Of a stretch of 64,000 nucleotides of DNA, positions 1-10,238 are shown piece after piece (within the stretch, counting starts at the first letter, position 1; every line of letters starts with the position of its first letter). Below the pieces are notes generated by a model. The model was not told where the DNA came from. It searched no databases and saw nothing but the letters and a program-made list of their open reading frames with translations. The translations under genes and the position numbers were made by a program. The stretch comes from Longimicrobiales bacterium (GTDB lineage: Bacteria; Gemmatimonadota; Gemmatimonadetes; Longimicrobiales; RSA9): contig DATHVP010000025.1 of the NCBI GenBank assembly GCA_035461245.1, forward strand, positions 79,714 through 143,713, given 5' to 3'.

Positions 1-240
1 CCGCACAACGCCGTGCAGGGGGAGTTCCTGCGGCTCATGTTCGAGGCGGTGAGCGCGTTCAGCACCGTGGGCCTGTCCATGGGCATGACGGATGAACTCA
101 CCACGACCGGTCGGTTGCTGACGACGCTCCTCATGTACATCGGTCGTGTCGGCCCGCTCACCTTCGCCGCTGCCATCGCCATGCGGCCGGACCGACGCGG
201 CGATTTCCGCTACGCCCACGAAGACGTCGTTATCGGCTAG
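1..240 (+). CDS. K+ transporter membrane subunit, TrkH/KtrB family (C-terminal fragment; 5' end outside window)
   Basis: Frame 1 is open from base 1 to TAG 238-240. The tail FEAVSAFSTVGLSMGMT...LLMYIGRVGPLTF resembles the last pore-loop/TM segment of Trk/Ktr subunits. A TrkA/KtrA-type gene starts 10 bp downstream. Confidence 0.8.
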   Translation, partial: PHNAVQGEFLRLMFEAVSAFSTVGLSMGMTDELTTTGRLLTTLLMYIGRVGPLTFAAAIAMRPDRRGDFRYAHEDVVIG

Positions 241-250
241 GAGTGACACC

Positions 251-910
251 ATGAAACGGTTCATCATTGTCGGACTTGGCAACTTCGGCGCAGGCGTGGC
301 GGAGGCACTGTACCGGGCAGGTCACGACGTCATCGCGCTGGACACCAGTGAATCCGCGGTGGATCGCATCGCACAGTTCGTGGGCCGTGCCGCCGTCGGA
401 GACGGCCGTGAGGCACGCACGCTCGAGCGTATCGGCGCCGGCGATGCGGACGCTGCCATTATCAGCACCGGTGACGACATCACCGCCAGTGTGCTGACGA
501 CGCTGGCCCTGCGCGACCTGGGCATCAGGGAGATCTATGTGAAGGTCATCTCCCGGGACCACGGTCGCGTCATGGACCGCCTGGGCGTTACAGAGACGGT
601 CTTCCCGGAGCGCGAGTCCGCCCTCCGGCTCGGGCACCGCATTGCGCACCAGACTCTGCTGCAGTACGTGCAACTGGGCGAGAACTTCAGCGTCCAGGAG
701 ATGGCCGTCCCGGACGCCTGGGTCGGTCACTCCCTGCGGGAGCTGGAGCTTCCCCGGCAGTACCGCGTCTCCGTCATCGCCGTCCATGACGTCCTGACGG
801 ACGAAATCATGCCGGTGCCCGACCCTGACGCGCCCCTCAAGGAATCTGACACCTTGCTGGTGGCCGGGCGCAACGAACATCTGGATCGGGTGGCCAGGCC
901 CAGGCAGTGA
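251..910 (+). CDS. K+ uptake regulatory subunit (TrkA/KtrA-type RCK protein, TrkA-N + TrkA-C)
   Basis: ATG 251 gives MKRFIIVGLGNFGAGVA (Rossmann GxGxxG). The C-terminal half is TrkA-C-like (VQEMAVPDAWVGHSLRELELP...LLVAG). The 35 upstream codons of the tracked ORF overlap the trkH tail and were dropped. Confidence 0.85.
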   Translation: MKRFIIVGLGNFGAGVAEALYRAGHDVIALDTSESAVDRIAQFVGRAAVGDGREARTLERIGAGDADAAIISTGDDITASVLTTLALRDLGIREIYVKVISRDHGRVMDRLGVTETVFPERESALRLGHRIAHQTLLQYVQLGENFSVQEMAVPDAWVGHSLRELELPRQYRVSVIAVHDVLTDEIMPVPDPDAPLKESDTLLVAGRNEHLDRVARPRQ

Positions 911-988
911 GGCGAGGCGGCTTGTCCTGCGCGGCCCGCGGTGCGAATGTAGGACATCTCCACATCACTTTCGCCGAGGACGGTTGCG

Positions 989-1573
989 ATGGGAATGCTC
1001 GTGGTGCTCGTCATCATCGTGGCGGTGGTCGTATTCGTTATCTCCATGTACAACCGCCTGGTCAGCCTGCGGAACCGGTTCAAGAATGCGTTCGCGCAGA
1101 TCGATGTCCAGCTCAAGCGCCGCTACGACCTGATCCCGAACCTGGTGGAGACGGCAAAGGCGTACATGAAGCACGAGCGTGACACGCTGGAAGCCGTCAT
1201 CGCCGCGCGTAACAGTGCAGCGCAGGCGGAGCAGAAGGTGGCGGGCGACCCGACGGACGTGGTGGCCATGCAGGGACTGGTGAATGCCGAGCGCGGCCTG
1301 GCCGGCGCCATGACGCGCTTCTTCGCACTGGCCGAGGCCTACCCGGACCTGAAGGCAGACGCGAACATGCGGCAGCTCAGTGAGGAGCTGACGTCCACGG
1401 AGAACCGTGTCGCGTTCGCGCGTCAGGGCTACAACGACGCCGTGACGCAGTACAACACGGCACGGGAGACATTCCCGTCCAGCATCATCGCCAACAGCTT
1501 CGGCTTCCAGGAAGCGCCGCTGCTCCTCATCGAGGACGAGCAGGAGCGGGCCGCGCCCCGGGTCAGCTTCTAG
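989..1573 (+). CDS. LemA family membrane protein
   Basis: One N-terminal TM helix followed by YNRLVSLRNRFKNAFAQIDVQLKRRYDLIPNLVETAK, the hallmark LemA motif. Confidence 0.85.
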   Translation: MGMLVVLVIIVAVVVFVISMYNRLVSLRNRFKNAFAQIDVQLKRRYDLIPNLVETAKAYMKHERDTLEAVIAARNSAAQAEQKVAGDPTDVVAMQGLVNAERGLAGAMTRFFALAEAYPDLKADANMRQLSEELTSTENRVAFARQGYNDAVTQYNTARETFPSSIIANSFGFQEAPLLLIEDEQERAAPRVSF

Positions 1574-1593
1574 CGCACGTCCAGCCGGCGGCG

Positions 1594-3576
1594 ATGAACT
1601 TCTTCGAGGCGCAGGACTCTGCGCGGGCCAGGACGCGCACGCTGGTGGTGCTGTTCCTGGCCGCCGTCGCCGCCATCATCATTGCCATCTACGCCGTGGT
1701 CCACGTGGTGCTGGGCCCCGGCGTCCAGGGCGGCATCAGCCCCGGGCTGTTCGTCGGCGTCGCCGTGTTCACCGGCGGGCTGATTGCGGCGGGCAGCGGC
1801 ATCCGCACGGTGCAGCTCAGGCAGGGCGGCTCCAAAGTCGCCGAACTGCTGGGCGGCCGGCGTGTCCGGTCGAACACGACGGACGAGGCTGAGCGCCGGC
1901 TGGTCAACGTCGTGGAGGAGATGGCCATCGCCTCCGGTACGCCGGTGCCGGCCATCTACGTCCTGGACCACGAGGCCGGCATCAACGCCTTCGCCGCCGG
2001 CTACACCGTGGACGATGCCGCGGTGGCGGTGACGCGGGGCACTCTGCAGCAGCTCAACCGCGACGAGCTGCAGGGCGTCATTGCCCACGAGTTCAGCCAC
2101 ATCCTCAACGGGGACATGCGCCTGAACATCCGGCTCATGGGCATCCTGTTCGGGATCCTGCTGCTGGCCATTGTCGGGCGCGGGCTGCTGCGTACCGGCG
2201 CATACAGCGGGGGCCGCAGCCGCGGCCGGAGCAGTGGCGGCCAGGTTGCCGTGGTGGGCCTGGCCCTCATCGCCATCGGGTACATCGGCGTGTTCTTCGG
2301 CAAGCTCATCCAGGCCGCCGTGTCCCGGCAGCGCGAGTACCTGGCTGACTCTTCCGCCGTACAGTTCACGCGCAACCCCGCCGGCATCGCGGGGGCGCTG
2401 AAGAAGATCGGCGGCGCGTCATCGCGCATCGAGGACCATCACGCCCAGGAGGCCGGCCACCTCTTCTTCGCCAATGGGCTGACCCGCCCGTTCGCCGCCG
2501 TGCTCGCCACGCACCCGCCGCTGGCCGAGCGCATACGACGCCTCGATCCCGGTTTCACCGGTGAGCTGCCGGGGGCTGCCACAGGGGAGCACGCCGCCGG
2601 AGGACGGCAGCGGGAACTGGCCCTGTCCGGCCTCGCCGCCGACGTCAGTTCCAGGGGGGATGCCCCCGCTGCTGCTCCTGCGCCGGCGGGGACACCGGCG
2701 GACGGGCCGCCGCCCGGGCCAGCGGCGGAGGGGGCCGCCCCGTCAGCCCCGGCGCCGGTATCCGGCGCGGCCCTGCTGTCCAGCATCGGCAGCCCGCAGC
2801 CGGAGCACGTACTGTGGGCCGGCCGGCTGCTGGCCTCACTGCCGGACAGCATCCGGGCAGCCGCCCATGAACCCGCCCGGGCGCCGTCACTGCTGTACGC
2901 GCTGCTCCTCAACGAAGGCGCCGACGCACTCGCCCAGCAGGAGGTGCTGACGGCGTACGGCCCGGATCTCGTGGAGCGCGTTGCCGGGCTGGCGCCCGCC
3001 GTCAGGCGACTCGGCCAGGGCGCGCGCCTGCCGCTGCTGGACATCACTTTGCCCGCCCTGCGGGAACTGGACGATGAGCAACGTCAGGCCGTGTACGGGA
3101 CCGCGCAGCGGCTCGTAGCGGCGGACGAACGGCTGGACCTTTTCGAGTTCGCCCTCCTCCATGTGCTGCGTCGGCAGCTCATACCGCCGGACCATGGGCG
3201 CCGGACGCCGGAACCGCAGACCGTGCGTGCGCTGCGCGAGGTGCAGGACGAGGTCAGCGTGATCCTGTCCGCCGTCGCCTGGTCCGGCGCAGGCGACAGC
3301 ACGGGCGCGCAGGCGGCGTTCGAGGCGGGTGCCGACAGTCTCCGGCGACAGGCGGGACCGCTGGAACTGCGCCCCCGCGCCGGGATTGACCTCGCCGCGA
3401 CCGACGCGGCACTGGACCGCTGCCGCGGCGTGCTGCCGACGCTGCGCCTGCGCATCATGGAGGCCGCATCCCTCGTGGCCGCCCATGATGGCCGCATCCA
3501 CGCCCAGGAAGCGGAGCTGCTCCGGGCCGTCGGCGAGGCCATGGACTGCCCCATGCCACCGATCACGGCGGGCTGA
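1594..3576 (+). CDS. M48-family (HtpX-like) zinc metallopeptidase with Pro/Ala-rich linker and TerB-like C-terminal region
   Basis: HEFSHILNGD (HExxH) lies between TM segments, with a downstream REYLADSSAVQFT region. The C-terminal approximately 250 aa has TerB-like helices (DERLDLFEFALL; AAHDGRIHAQEAELLRAVGEAM). The gene starts 20 bp after lemA. Confidence 0.8.
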   Translation: MNFFEAQDSARARTRTLVVLFLAAVAAIIIAIYAVVHVVLGPGVQGGISPGLFVGVAVFTGGLIAAGSGIRTVQLRQGGSKVAELLGGRRVRSNTTDEAERRLVNVVEEMAIASGTPVPAIYVLDHEAGINAFAAGYTVDDAAVAVTRGTLQQLNRDELQGVIAHEFSHILNGDMRLNIRLMGILFGILLLAIVGRGLLRTGAYSGGRSRGRSSGGQVAVVGLALIAIGYIGVFFGKLIQAAVSRQREYLADSSAVQFTRNPAGIAGALKKIGGASSRIEDHHAQEAGHLFFANGLTRPFAAVLATHPPLAERIRRLDPGFTGELPGAATGEHAAGGRQRELALSGLAADVSSRGDAPAAAPAPAGTPADGPPPGPAAEGAAPSAPAPVSGAALLSSIGSPQPEHVLWAGRLLASLPDSIRAAAHEPARAPSLLYALLLNEGADALAQQEVLTAYGPDLVERVAGLAPAVRRLGQGARLPLLDITLPALRELDDEQRQAVYGTAQRLVAADERLDLFEFALLHVLRRQLIPPDHGRRTPEPQTVRALREVQDEVSVILSAVAWSGAGDSTGAQAAFEAGADSLRRQAGPLELRPRAGIDLAATDAALDRCRGVLPTLRLRIMEAASLVAAHDGRIHAQEAELLRAVGEAMDCPMPPITAG

Positions 3577-3624
3577 CGCCGGCGCCGGGACAACGGGCTC
3601 GATGGACGCCCCGTCAGACCTCCG

Positions 3625-6600
3625 TCAACTGCTCGCCGGCGTCAGTGCACCGGTGAACAGCAGCGACGTCTCCACCACCGCCTCGCCGGAGATCTGTTCC
3701 CACGCCGCCGCATACAGCGCGAGCTGGGCGCGGTAGCGGCGCATCAGCGCGGGCGGAATGGCGTCGCCGGCGGCGTCGGTCTTGTAGTCCACGATGACCC
3801 AGCCCGCAGCCTCCCGGAACGCCAGGTCGATGCGGCCGTCCACCAGCTCGTCCGGTGCGTCGTCCGGCACCTCGTCCACTGCCGCGCCGCTGATGCGGGC
3901 ATATTCCCGGGCGGTGAGACGCAACGCGAACGGGACCTCCACGAGCCACTGACCTGACGCCGTCGCCCGCTGCCAGAGCGGCGAGCTGCGCACTGCCGCA
4001 ATCGTGTCCAGCAGCTCACCCAGCTCAAGGGGCTCCCCCTTGCTGTCCAGCGGCCGTTCGAGTGCCGCCAGCCGGTCCCTGCACGCATGTCTCAGCGCAT
4101 CGCCGGCCAGCCCCTGTGCGGCGTACTGCAGTCCGTCATGCACCGCCGTGCCCCATGCCGTGCCCCTGCCCTGCACCACCGCTCCCGCAGCGGCGGATTC
4201 TGCCGGTTCGTGCGCCTCACCCCCGCCTACCGCGCCGGCGCCGTTCCCGGCGGCGGCTGATGCAACCTCTGCGTCCGCCAGTTCCAGCTTGCGCTCGCTG
4301 ACGGACGCCACCCGGTAGGTCGGTCGGCCGTGCTCCAGCCGCGCCTGGTCCACGGCTGCCACGGTCGCGGCGACATCGGCGCCGGACGCCTCCAGCTCCA
4401 GCCGGCGGCCGGGCACCGGCTGCGGCAGTTCCAGCCGGCTGCCGTGCTGCCTGAGCCACGGGTGGAAGCTGCGCCACGGTGACGGGCTGCGCGGGTTGTA
4501 GGCGCAGCCCACCACCAGCTCCTCCACTGCGCGGGTCGCGGCGACGTACAGCAGGCGTTCGTCCTCGGCACGGCTGAAGCGCAGCTCCTCCGCCTCGTGC
4601 GTCGCCCAGTCCGCCGGCTGCGCCAGGGGCACGCGCTGCCCGAAGCCCCGCTGCTCGCACACCGTCGTGTAGCCCACGGCCCTGCCCGTCACGTCTCGCA
4701 CCACGCGGGACGCCGGCATGGGTGACCAGTCGCCGAACGGCGCGGCCAGGACCACTACGTTTGCCTCGAGGCCCTTCGCCTTGTGCAGGTTCATGACCCG
4801 GACGACGTCGCTGCGGCCCGGTTCCAGGGGCGCCTCACCATCCGATTCCTCCAGCGTCGTCTCCAGCGCGTCCAGTGCGCCATGGAGCGACGCGTCCCCA
4901 TGCAGTGCCGACCGGCGCACTGCTTCCAGGGCGTACAGCACTGCGCCCGCCCTGCTCTCGCCCAGCTCGCCGGCGGCAGCGAACGGCAGCAGCCCCAGCT
5001 CGTCCACCATGCGCGGCACGGCCACGTCCGCCGGCTCGGTGCGGCTCATGCGCCAGTAGCGATGCAGGGTGGCCAGCGCCTCCTCCACCGGCCCCTCGGG
5101 ATCCTGCCAGGGGCGCGTGAAGGAGAACGGCGGACCATCCGCGCGTTCCGCATGCTGCACCAGTTGCTCGTAATCCATGCCGAAGAGCAGGCCGGTGAGC
5201 ACGGCGACGACGAGGGTAGGGTCGCCCGGATCGCACAGGCAACGCAGCAGCAGCCGCAGTTCCTCCAGCTCCATGTTGTCCGTGCCGCCCACCCCGGCGC
5301 CGGTGACCTGGACCGGTATGTTGCGCCGTTCCAGTGCCCTGGCGTACAGGCCCAGGTGCCGCGTATTGCGCGTGAGCACCAGGAAATCCCCCGGCCGCCG
5401 GTCGCCGGCTGACACCCGCCCGGCCATCCATGTGGCGAGACGGCTGGCGTCCTGGCTGGCCAGGTCCGCGACCTTCAGGTTCACTGGGTCATCCAGTTCG
5501 TACCAGGCGACGACGCCCGGCTCGTGGACGTGCTGCACGCGCATGGGCGCGAAGCCCGCCTGCTCCGGCTCGCTCCGTTCGGGGAACCGCTGGCTGAACG
5601 TCTCATTGACGAAGCGTTCGATGGCGGGGCGCGAACGGAAGTTGGACGTCAGTTCCACCACATCGAAGCGCCCCCGCACCTGCTGGTACAGCGTCATGTC
5701 GGCGCGCCGGAACCGGTAGATGCTCTGCTTCGGGTCACCGACGACGAACAGTGCGCCGGGCCGGGGCGTCAGGTGGCGCCATGACGCGAACGGCGGTGGC
5801 GCCGCACCGCCCTCGACGAACAGGTCCGGCTCCTCGTCCGAGGCGAGGAGGAACAGCACCTCCGCCTGTACGGGGTCCGTGTCCTGGAACTCATCAACCA
5901 GCAGGTAACGGTAGCGCTCGCTGAGTTCCCGGCGGGCCGCCGGACTGTCGCGCAGCAGTCGCGCGGCGAACATGAGCAGGTCCTGGAAGTTCAGTACACC
6001 CGTCCGCCGGCGTTCCTCTTCCCAGGCCAGTGCAGCCGCCCGCGCGAACTCCATGGCGATGGGGTAGCGGTAGGCCCACCAACGCTGCAGCAGCGCGTGG
6101 CCGGCGCCATCCTCCCGGAACAGCGTCTCCAACTCCTCCTGCACCACGCGTGCGGTCTCGCTGTCGTCCCATCTGTTGCGCGTCACCCGGAACGACGATG
6201 CGGTGAGTGGGGCCACTGCCTCGAGGAACCGTTCGTCCCGGGACCAGCCCAGCACGAAGCGATGGAAGCGGAGCATGCGCAAGGTCGTCTGCAGCGCGTC
6301 CCAACCGCCCGCTGGCTCGTCCGCGGGCATGACGGACGCCGCAACATCCATGGCCCGTTCCACCCTGCGCCGGACCCCCCCGGCGTCCGGTCGCTCCGTA
6401 AGCGCTGCGGGGTATGCGACGTCCGGCTGGCTGGCCAGTTCACGGAACAGGTCCTCCACCTGCGCGGGCGCCAGCGCCACGTCCTGCAGGCCGGCCAGAC
6501 GCGGGTCTCCGTCCACGGCCAGACGCTCCAGCCACTCGTGCCAGAACCTGCGCTGCAGCCGCAGCTCCTCGGCGCCCATGGTCTCCCGGAACGACGGATC

Positions 6601-7083
6601 AATGCCCGCGTCCAGCGGGCGCTCCCGCAGCAGCCGCGCGCAGAACGCGTGAATGGTGCCGAGGAAGGCCTGGTCAATCTCCCGCAGTGCCGCGTCCAAC
6701 CGCCGGGCCACGGGCCCATCACCATTGTCCAGCGCCGCCCGCAGGCGTCGCTCCAGGTCCGTCTGGAACCGTTCCCGCAGCTCCGCCGCGGCCTTGCGGG
6801 TGAAGGTGACGGCGGCAATGCCGCTCACGTCCGTCAGTCCCGACTCCACCAGCGCCACCATGCGCCGGACCATCTCTGTCGTCTTGCCCGCGCCCGCGCC
6901 CGCCTCCACGATGAGGCTCGTCCGCAGATCCTCCACGATGCGGCGTCGGGCCTCGGCATCCGGCAGTGCCAGTGCAACTGATACCGGTCCGGCGCCGGGC
7001 TCCACGGCCGCAGCATCAGCCACGTCCTCGGCGGGTGCACTGGCCCCGCTGAACAGGCTCAGCTGGTCGTCCGGCATGCTCAT
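3625..7083 (-). CDS. addA: ATP-dependent helicase/nuclease subunit A (UvrD/REP helicase fused to PD-(D/E)XK nuclease)
   Basis: Walker A EAGAGAGKTT, then LLVDEFQDTDP and VVGDPKQSIYRFRRAD helicase motifs. C-terminal nuclease motif GRIDLAF...WVIVDYKTD. Start set at ATG 7083, which overlaps the addB stop (ATGA). Confidence 0.85.
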   Translation of the reverse strand: MSMPDDQLSLFSGASAPAEDVADAAAVEPGAGPVSVALALPDAEARRRIVEDLRTSLIVEAGAGAGKTTEMVRRMVALVESGLTDVSGIAAVTFTRKAAAELRERFQTDLERRLRAALDNGDGPVARRLDAALREIDQAFLGTIHAFCARLLRERPLDAGIDPSFRETMGAEELRLQRRFWHEWLERLAVDGDPRLAGLQDVALAPAQVEDLFRELASQPDVAYPAALTERPDAGGVRRRVERAMDVAASVMPADEPAGGWDALQTTLRMLRFHRFVLGWSRDERFLEAVAPLTASSFRVTRNRWDDSETARVVQEELETLFREDGAGHALLQRWWAYRYPIAMEFARAAALAWEEERRRTGVLNFQDLLMFAARLLRDSPAARRELSERYRYLLVDEFQDTDPVQAEVLFLLASDEEPDLFVEGGAAPPPFASWRHLTPRPGALFVVGDPKQSIYRFRRADMTLYQQVRGRFDVVELTSNFRSRPAIERFVNETFSQRFPERSEPEQAGFAPMRVQHVHEPGVVAWYELDDPVNLKVADLASQDASRLATWMAGRVSAGDRRPGDFLVLTRNTRHLGLYARALERRNIPVQVTGAGVGGTDNMELEELRLLLRCLCDPGDPTLVVAVLTGLLFGMDYEQLVQHAERADGPPFSFTRPWQDPEGPVEEALATLHRYWRMSRTEPADVAVPRMVDELGLLPFAAAGELGESRAGAVLYALEAVRRSALHGDASLHGALDALETTLEESDGEAPLEPGRSDVVRVMNLHKAKGLEANVVVLAAPFGDWSPMPASRVVRDVTGRAVGYTTVCEQRGFGQRVPLAQPADWATHEAEELRFSRAEDERLLYVAATRAVEELVVGCAYNPRSPSPWRSFHPWLRQHGSRLELPQPVPGRRLELEASGADVAATVAAVDQARLEHGRPTYRVASVSERKLELADAEVASAAAGNGAGAVGGGEAHEPAESAAAGAVVQGRGTAWGTAVHDGLQYAAQGLAGDALRHACRDRLAALERPLDSKGEPLELGELLDTIAAVRSSPLWQRATASGQWLVEVPFALRLTAREYARISGAAVDEVPDDAPDELVDGRIDLAFREAAGWVIVDYKTDAAGDAIPPALMRRYRAQLALYAAAWEQISGEAVVETSLLFTGALTPASS

Positions 7084-10000
7084 CGACGAATCCGGCGCAG
7101 CACGTCCACCGCCTCGTCGTCCGCCTGCCGTGCCCAGTCCGCGAGTGGCGACACCACGTTGTCCCGCCCATCGACCGACGCCCGGCATATGGTGGCGAAG
7201 TCGCAGAACCGGCAGTCATCGGCGACGTTTGTCGGGACGAACCGGCCCTCCCGCACCAGGCTGAGGAGGTCCGCGACAATGTCCAGGCCGCCGTCCAGCC
7301 GCCGCACGTCATGGCGTACACGGTGGTTCTGGCTGCGGCGGGACGGAAAATGGAACTCCGCCCGTTCTACCGACCGGTCAAGGATGCGGGCGGCGGCGGC
7401 GGCGTACAGCACGTGCTGCAGGCGCCGGCCGCCGTCGAACGGACCGGACCGGCGCTGGAACGGCCCCGCACTGCCCGTCTTGTAGTCAACGACGACCACT
7501 GTCCCGTCATCCAGTTCGTCCACCCGGTCGATGGCCCCGGCCAGCAGCAGGTGGCTGCCGTCAGGCAGTGGGATTTCCACGGGCGCGGCGCCGTCCCGGC
7601 CGAAGACGAGTTCCAGCGCGATTGGCCGGGGCGCGTCCTCGCGGACCATGGCCACGAAGGCGCGGACGTCCGCCCGCAGTTCCTCCAGTTCCCGGTCCCG
7701 CACGGCGTGGCCCGGGGGGGGCGATGTCTCACTCAACTCGTCGATGAGTCGAAGGAGTATCCGCAGCGCCAGGTCGAGGAACGCATCGTCGTCGTACGCG
7801 ACGCCGTCCCCGGCAGCGGTCCTGAGCGCCTCCTCGAACACGGCGTGGAGCAGTGATCCTCGCTCGCCAGGGCGCAGCCACTGGTCGGGCGCGGGCGGCT
7901 CATCCGGCTGCCGCAGGCGCAGGACGTAGCGGAGCAGGTACCGGTGCGGGCACGCGCCCAGGGTCTGGAGTGCCGTCGCGGACACCGGTGCCGGTTCGGG
8001 GCCGGCCCGCGGATCCAGTTCCGGTCGCGCCGCGATGGCGCCATGCCATGGCCCTGCGGGCCCCGGGCGTCGCCGTGCCTTCACTGCCTGCACGCCCACG
8101 CCCAGGGGCGGGAAGGCCTGGCAGACGGCAGCCACGCCGTGGCGCAGCATCCGCCAGTCCGGTGCATCCGTGTCAGGCGCGGACAGGGCGTGCAGCCAGG
8201 TGTCCGCGCCATCCAGCAGCGTGGAGCCACGGGGCACGGCCGAGGCCGCCGGCGCCACGGCCCGGTGCAGGCTCTCGTAGTCGGCGTTGACGTCGCCGGA
8301 CATGAGCCGGTACGCCTGGAGCAGTTCCGACGCCGGCGCCACGGACCGGGCCTCCGCCGCGTCCCAGGTGGCGTAGCTGAACGTCACGGTGCCGCGCAGG
8401 CGGGCGGCCAGCGCGGCAAACGCGTAACGCCGCTCCGCCAGCCGCTCGGCGGAGGTGGGCAGGCGCGGCACCGGCCCATCACCCGCCAGCCGGCGCCGGT
8501 CCTCATCCACCAGCAGCGCGTCCGTGCCGCCGTGGCCCGGGAACCGGCCGGCGTCCAGCCCCACGATGAACGTGGCCCGGCGACAGGCGTGGCCGCCCTG
8601 GTCCAGGTCGCTGAGGTGCAGGTGCCCGCCTGCCGCGACCCACGGCGAGCCGCCGTCGGCCGCCGGTGACGGGACGTGGTCCTCCAGCCGGCTCATCAGG
8701 ATGGCAGCGGCGGAAGACAGCGTCGTCGGCCTGCGTACGGTGCTGGACATCCGCATCAGGCGCTGCTGCATCCGCTGCCGGGCCGTGCGGTCGGAGGCAT
8801 CCGCCAGCGGCACCATCCGCAGCAGCGTCTCCACGCCGTCCGCCAGCTCGCCGGCGGATACCCGCTTCCCGTCAGCCGGTGCGGCGTCGAGCAGCGGCTG
8901 GAGAACGGCGGAGAGCGCATCCAGTTCTGCCCGCTCCCGATCCCGGTCCGCGGCAAATTCTTCCGGCGTCCGGGTGTCCCCCGGATCCTGCGGCAGCTCC
9001 AGCGCGCGCATACGCGCGGCCACCCGCTGGCCGTATCGGTCCCGGCCGCGGCCGACCTTCAGCGCGCGGAGCCGGCGGGCCAGCGCCGTGCCGCTGACCG
9101 ACGGGTGCGCCACGTCGCCCCGCTCCAGCATCTGCCGCATGTGCGCGGCGGGCAGCCCGTGCTCCAGCCACCGGAGGAACGCCGCCGCGGCCCGGCCGGG
9201 GCGCGTCCGGGCCAGTGGCAGCCCCGCCGAATAGCTGACGGGGATGCTCATGCGGCGGGCCAGCCCGTCCAGTGCGACGCCGTAGGCCATGGGGTCCGTG
9301 GCGACGATCTCCACCTCGTCCCAGCGCAGACCCGCCGCCATGACCCTGCGCAGCACTTCCCGCAGTTCCGCCGCCACGGATGACGCCGCGAAGACGCCCA
9401 GGATCACGCCGCCCCCGTCCTGATCCGCGTCTGTGCCGGGCCAGCCGGCCGTGTGGTGCAGCCAGGCCAGCGGCGTGCCCGCCTCATCGGCGGGCGCCGG
9501 CAGCCGGCCCGCCGGGACCTCGAGGCCGTGCACGGGGTCCGCCGGCAGGGCGACTGCCCCGCTGTCCAGCAGTGCCTGCACGAGCTCGCCCGCCCGCCCG
9601 CGAGCAGTCAGCCCGGGGGCGAGCAGCACCCGCCCGTCCGGCGTCAGCGTCAGGCCGCCGTCACCATGACCGGCGCGGGGTGGTCCGCTCAGGATAGCTG
9701 CCGCCCGCTCCAGCACCGCCGGCCCATCTACCAGCCCTGCGGCGGCGAGGCGCGACTCGTAGTCCCGCATGATGCCGGCGATGCTGCTTCGCTTCTCCTC
9801 GTCCCGCAGCCGCGTTGCCTCCAGCGCCGCGGCGTCGATGCCTGCCATGCGCAGGTCCCGGATGGACTTGCCGATGGCCTGCCGGAGCCCCACGCCGCGG
9901 GACAGTTCCGCCAGCCGGCCGGATGAGGTGCCCAGCACGGCGTCGATGGCAGCATCGAAGTGGCCGAGTTCGTCGAACTCGTCGGCCACGCCCAGACCCT

Positions 10001-10238
10001 GCCGGGCCAGATCGGCGGCGACGATGTGGTGGGCCAGCTGCAGCGGAGTGACGACCTCGAAGTTGATCCACGGCACACCGGCAGCGGACAGCGCTCGCAA
10101 CAGCTCGCGCCCGACGCCGGCCCGGGGGCAGACCAGCAGCTTCCGCTGGAACCGGTACGACTCCGCCTCCGTCGCCAGCGCCCGGAGCAGTTGCGGCAGC
10201 CGTGTTGCAGATGCCTGCGTCACTGCCGTTGGCTGCAT
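7080..10238 (-). CDS. addB: Helicase/nuclease subunit B (AddB-type, RecB-family nuclease with Fe-S cysteine cluster)
   Basis: C-terminal AGAIDRVDEL...VVVVDYKTG nuclease motif, flanked by Cys (GACPHRY) and C-x2-C-x5-C (CRFCDFATIC) as in AddB iron-sulphur staples. No intact Walker A seen at the N-terminus. Start chosen at ATG 10238 (MQPTAV). Confidence 0.8.
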   Translation of the reverse strand: MQPTAVTQASATRLPQLLRALATEAESYRFQRKLLVCPRAGVGRELLRALSAAGVPWINFEVVTPLQLAHHIVAADLARQGLGVADEFDELGHFDAAIDAVLGTSSGRLAELSRGVGLRQAIGKSIRDLRMAGIDAAALEATRLRDEEKRSSIAGIMRDYESRLAAAGLVDGPAVLERAAAILSGPPRAGHGDGGLTLTPDGRVLLAPGLTARGRAGELVQALLDSGAVALPADPVHGLEVPAGRLPAPADEAGTPLAWLHHTAGWPGTDADQDGGGVILGVFAASSVAAELREVLRRVMAAGLRWDEVEIVATDPMAYGVALDGLARRMSIPVSYSAGLPLARTRPGRAAAAFLRWLEHGLPAAHMRQMLERGDVAHPSVSGTALARRLRALKVGRGRDRYGQRVAARMRALELPQDPGDTRTPEEFAADRDRERAELDALSAVLQPLLDAAPADGKRVSAGELADGVETLLRMVPLADASDRTARQRMQQRLMRMSSTVRRPTTLSSAAAILMSRLEDHVPSPAADGGSPWVAAGGHLHLSDLDQGGHACRRATFIVGLDAGRFPGHGGTDALLVDEDRRRLAGDGPVPRLPTSAERLAERRYAFAALAARLRGTVTFSYATWDAAEARSVAPASELLQAYRLMSGDVNADYESLHRAVAPAASAVPRGSTLLDGADTWLHALSAPDTDAPDWRMLRHGVAAVCQAFPPLGVGVQAVKARRRPGPAGPWHGAIAARPELDPRAGPEPAPVSATALQTLGACPHRYLLRYVLRLRQPDEPPAPDQWLRPGERGSLLHAVFEEALRTAAGDGVAYDDDAFLDLALRILLRLIDELSETSPPPGHAVRDRELEELRADVRAFVAMVREDAPRPIALELVFGRDGAAPVEIPLPDGSHLLLAGAIDRVDELDDGTVVVVDYKTGSAGPFQRRSGPFDGGRRLQHVLYAAAAARILDRSVERAEFHFPSRRSQNHRVRHDVRRLDGGLDIVADLLSLVREGRFVPTNVADDCRFCDFATICRASVDGRDNVVSPLADWARQADDEAVDVLRRIRR

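Noticed and set aside
3625-10238. UvrD-helicase plus PD-(D/E)XK nuclease gene pair considered as a possible phage-defence module.
   Set aside because: Domain order, sizes, the Fe-S cysteine staple and addB-addA coupling match canonical AddAB/RexAB double-strand-break repair. No associated defence-island genes are present.
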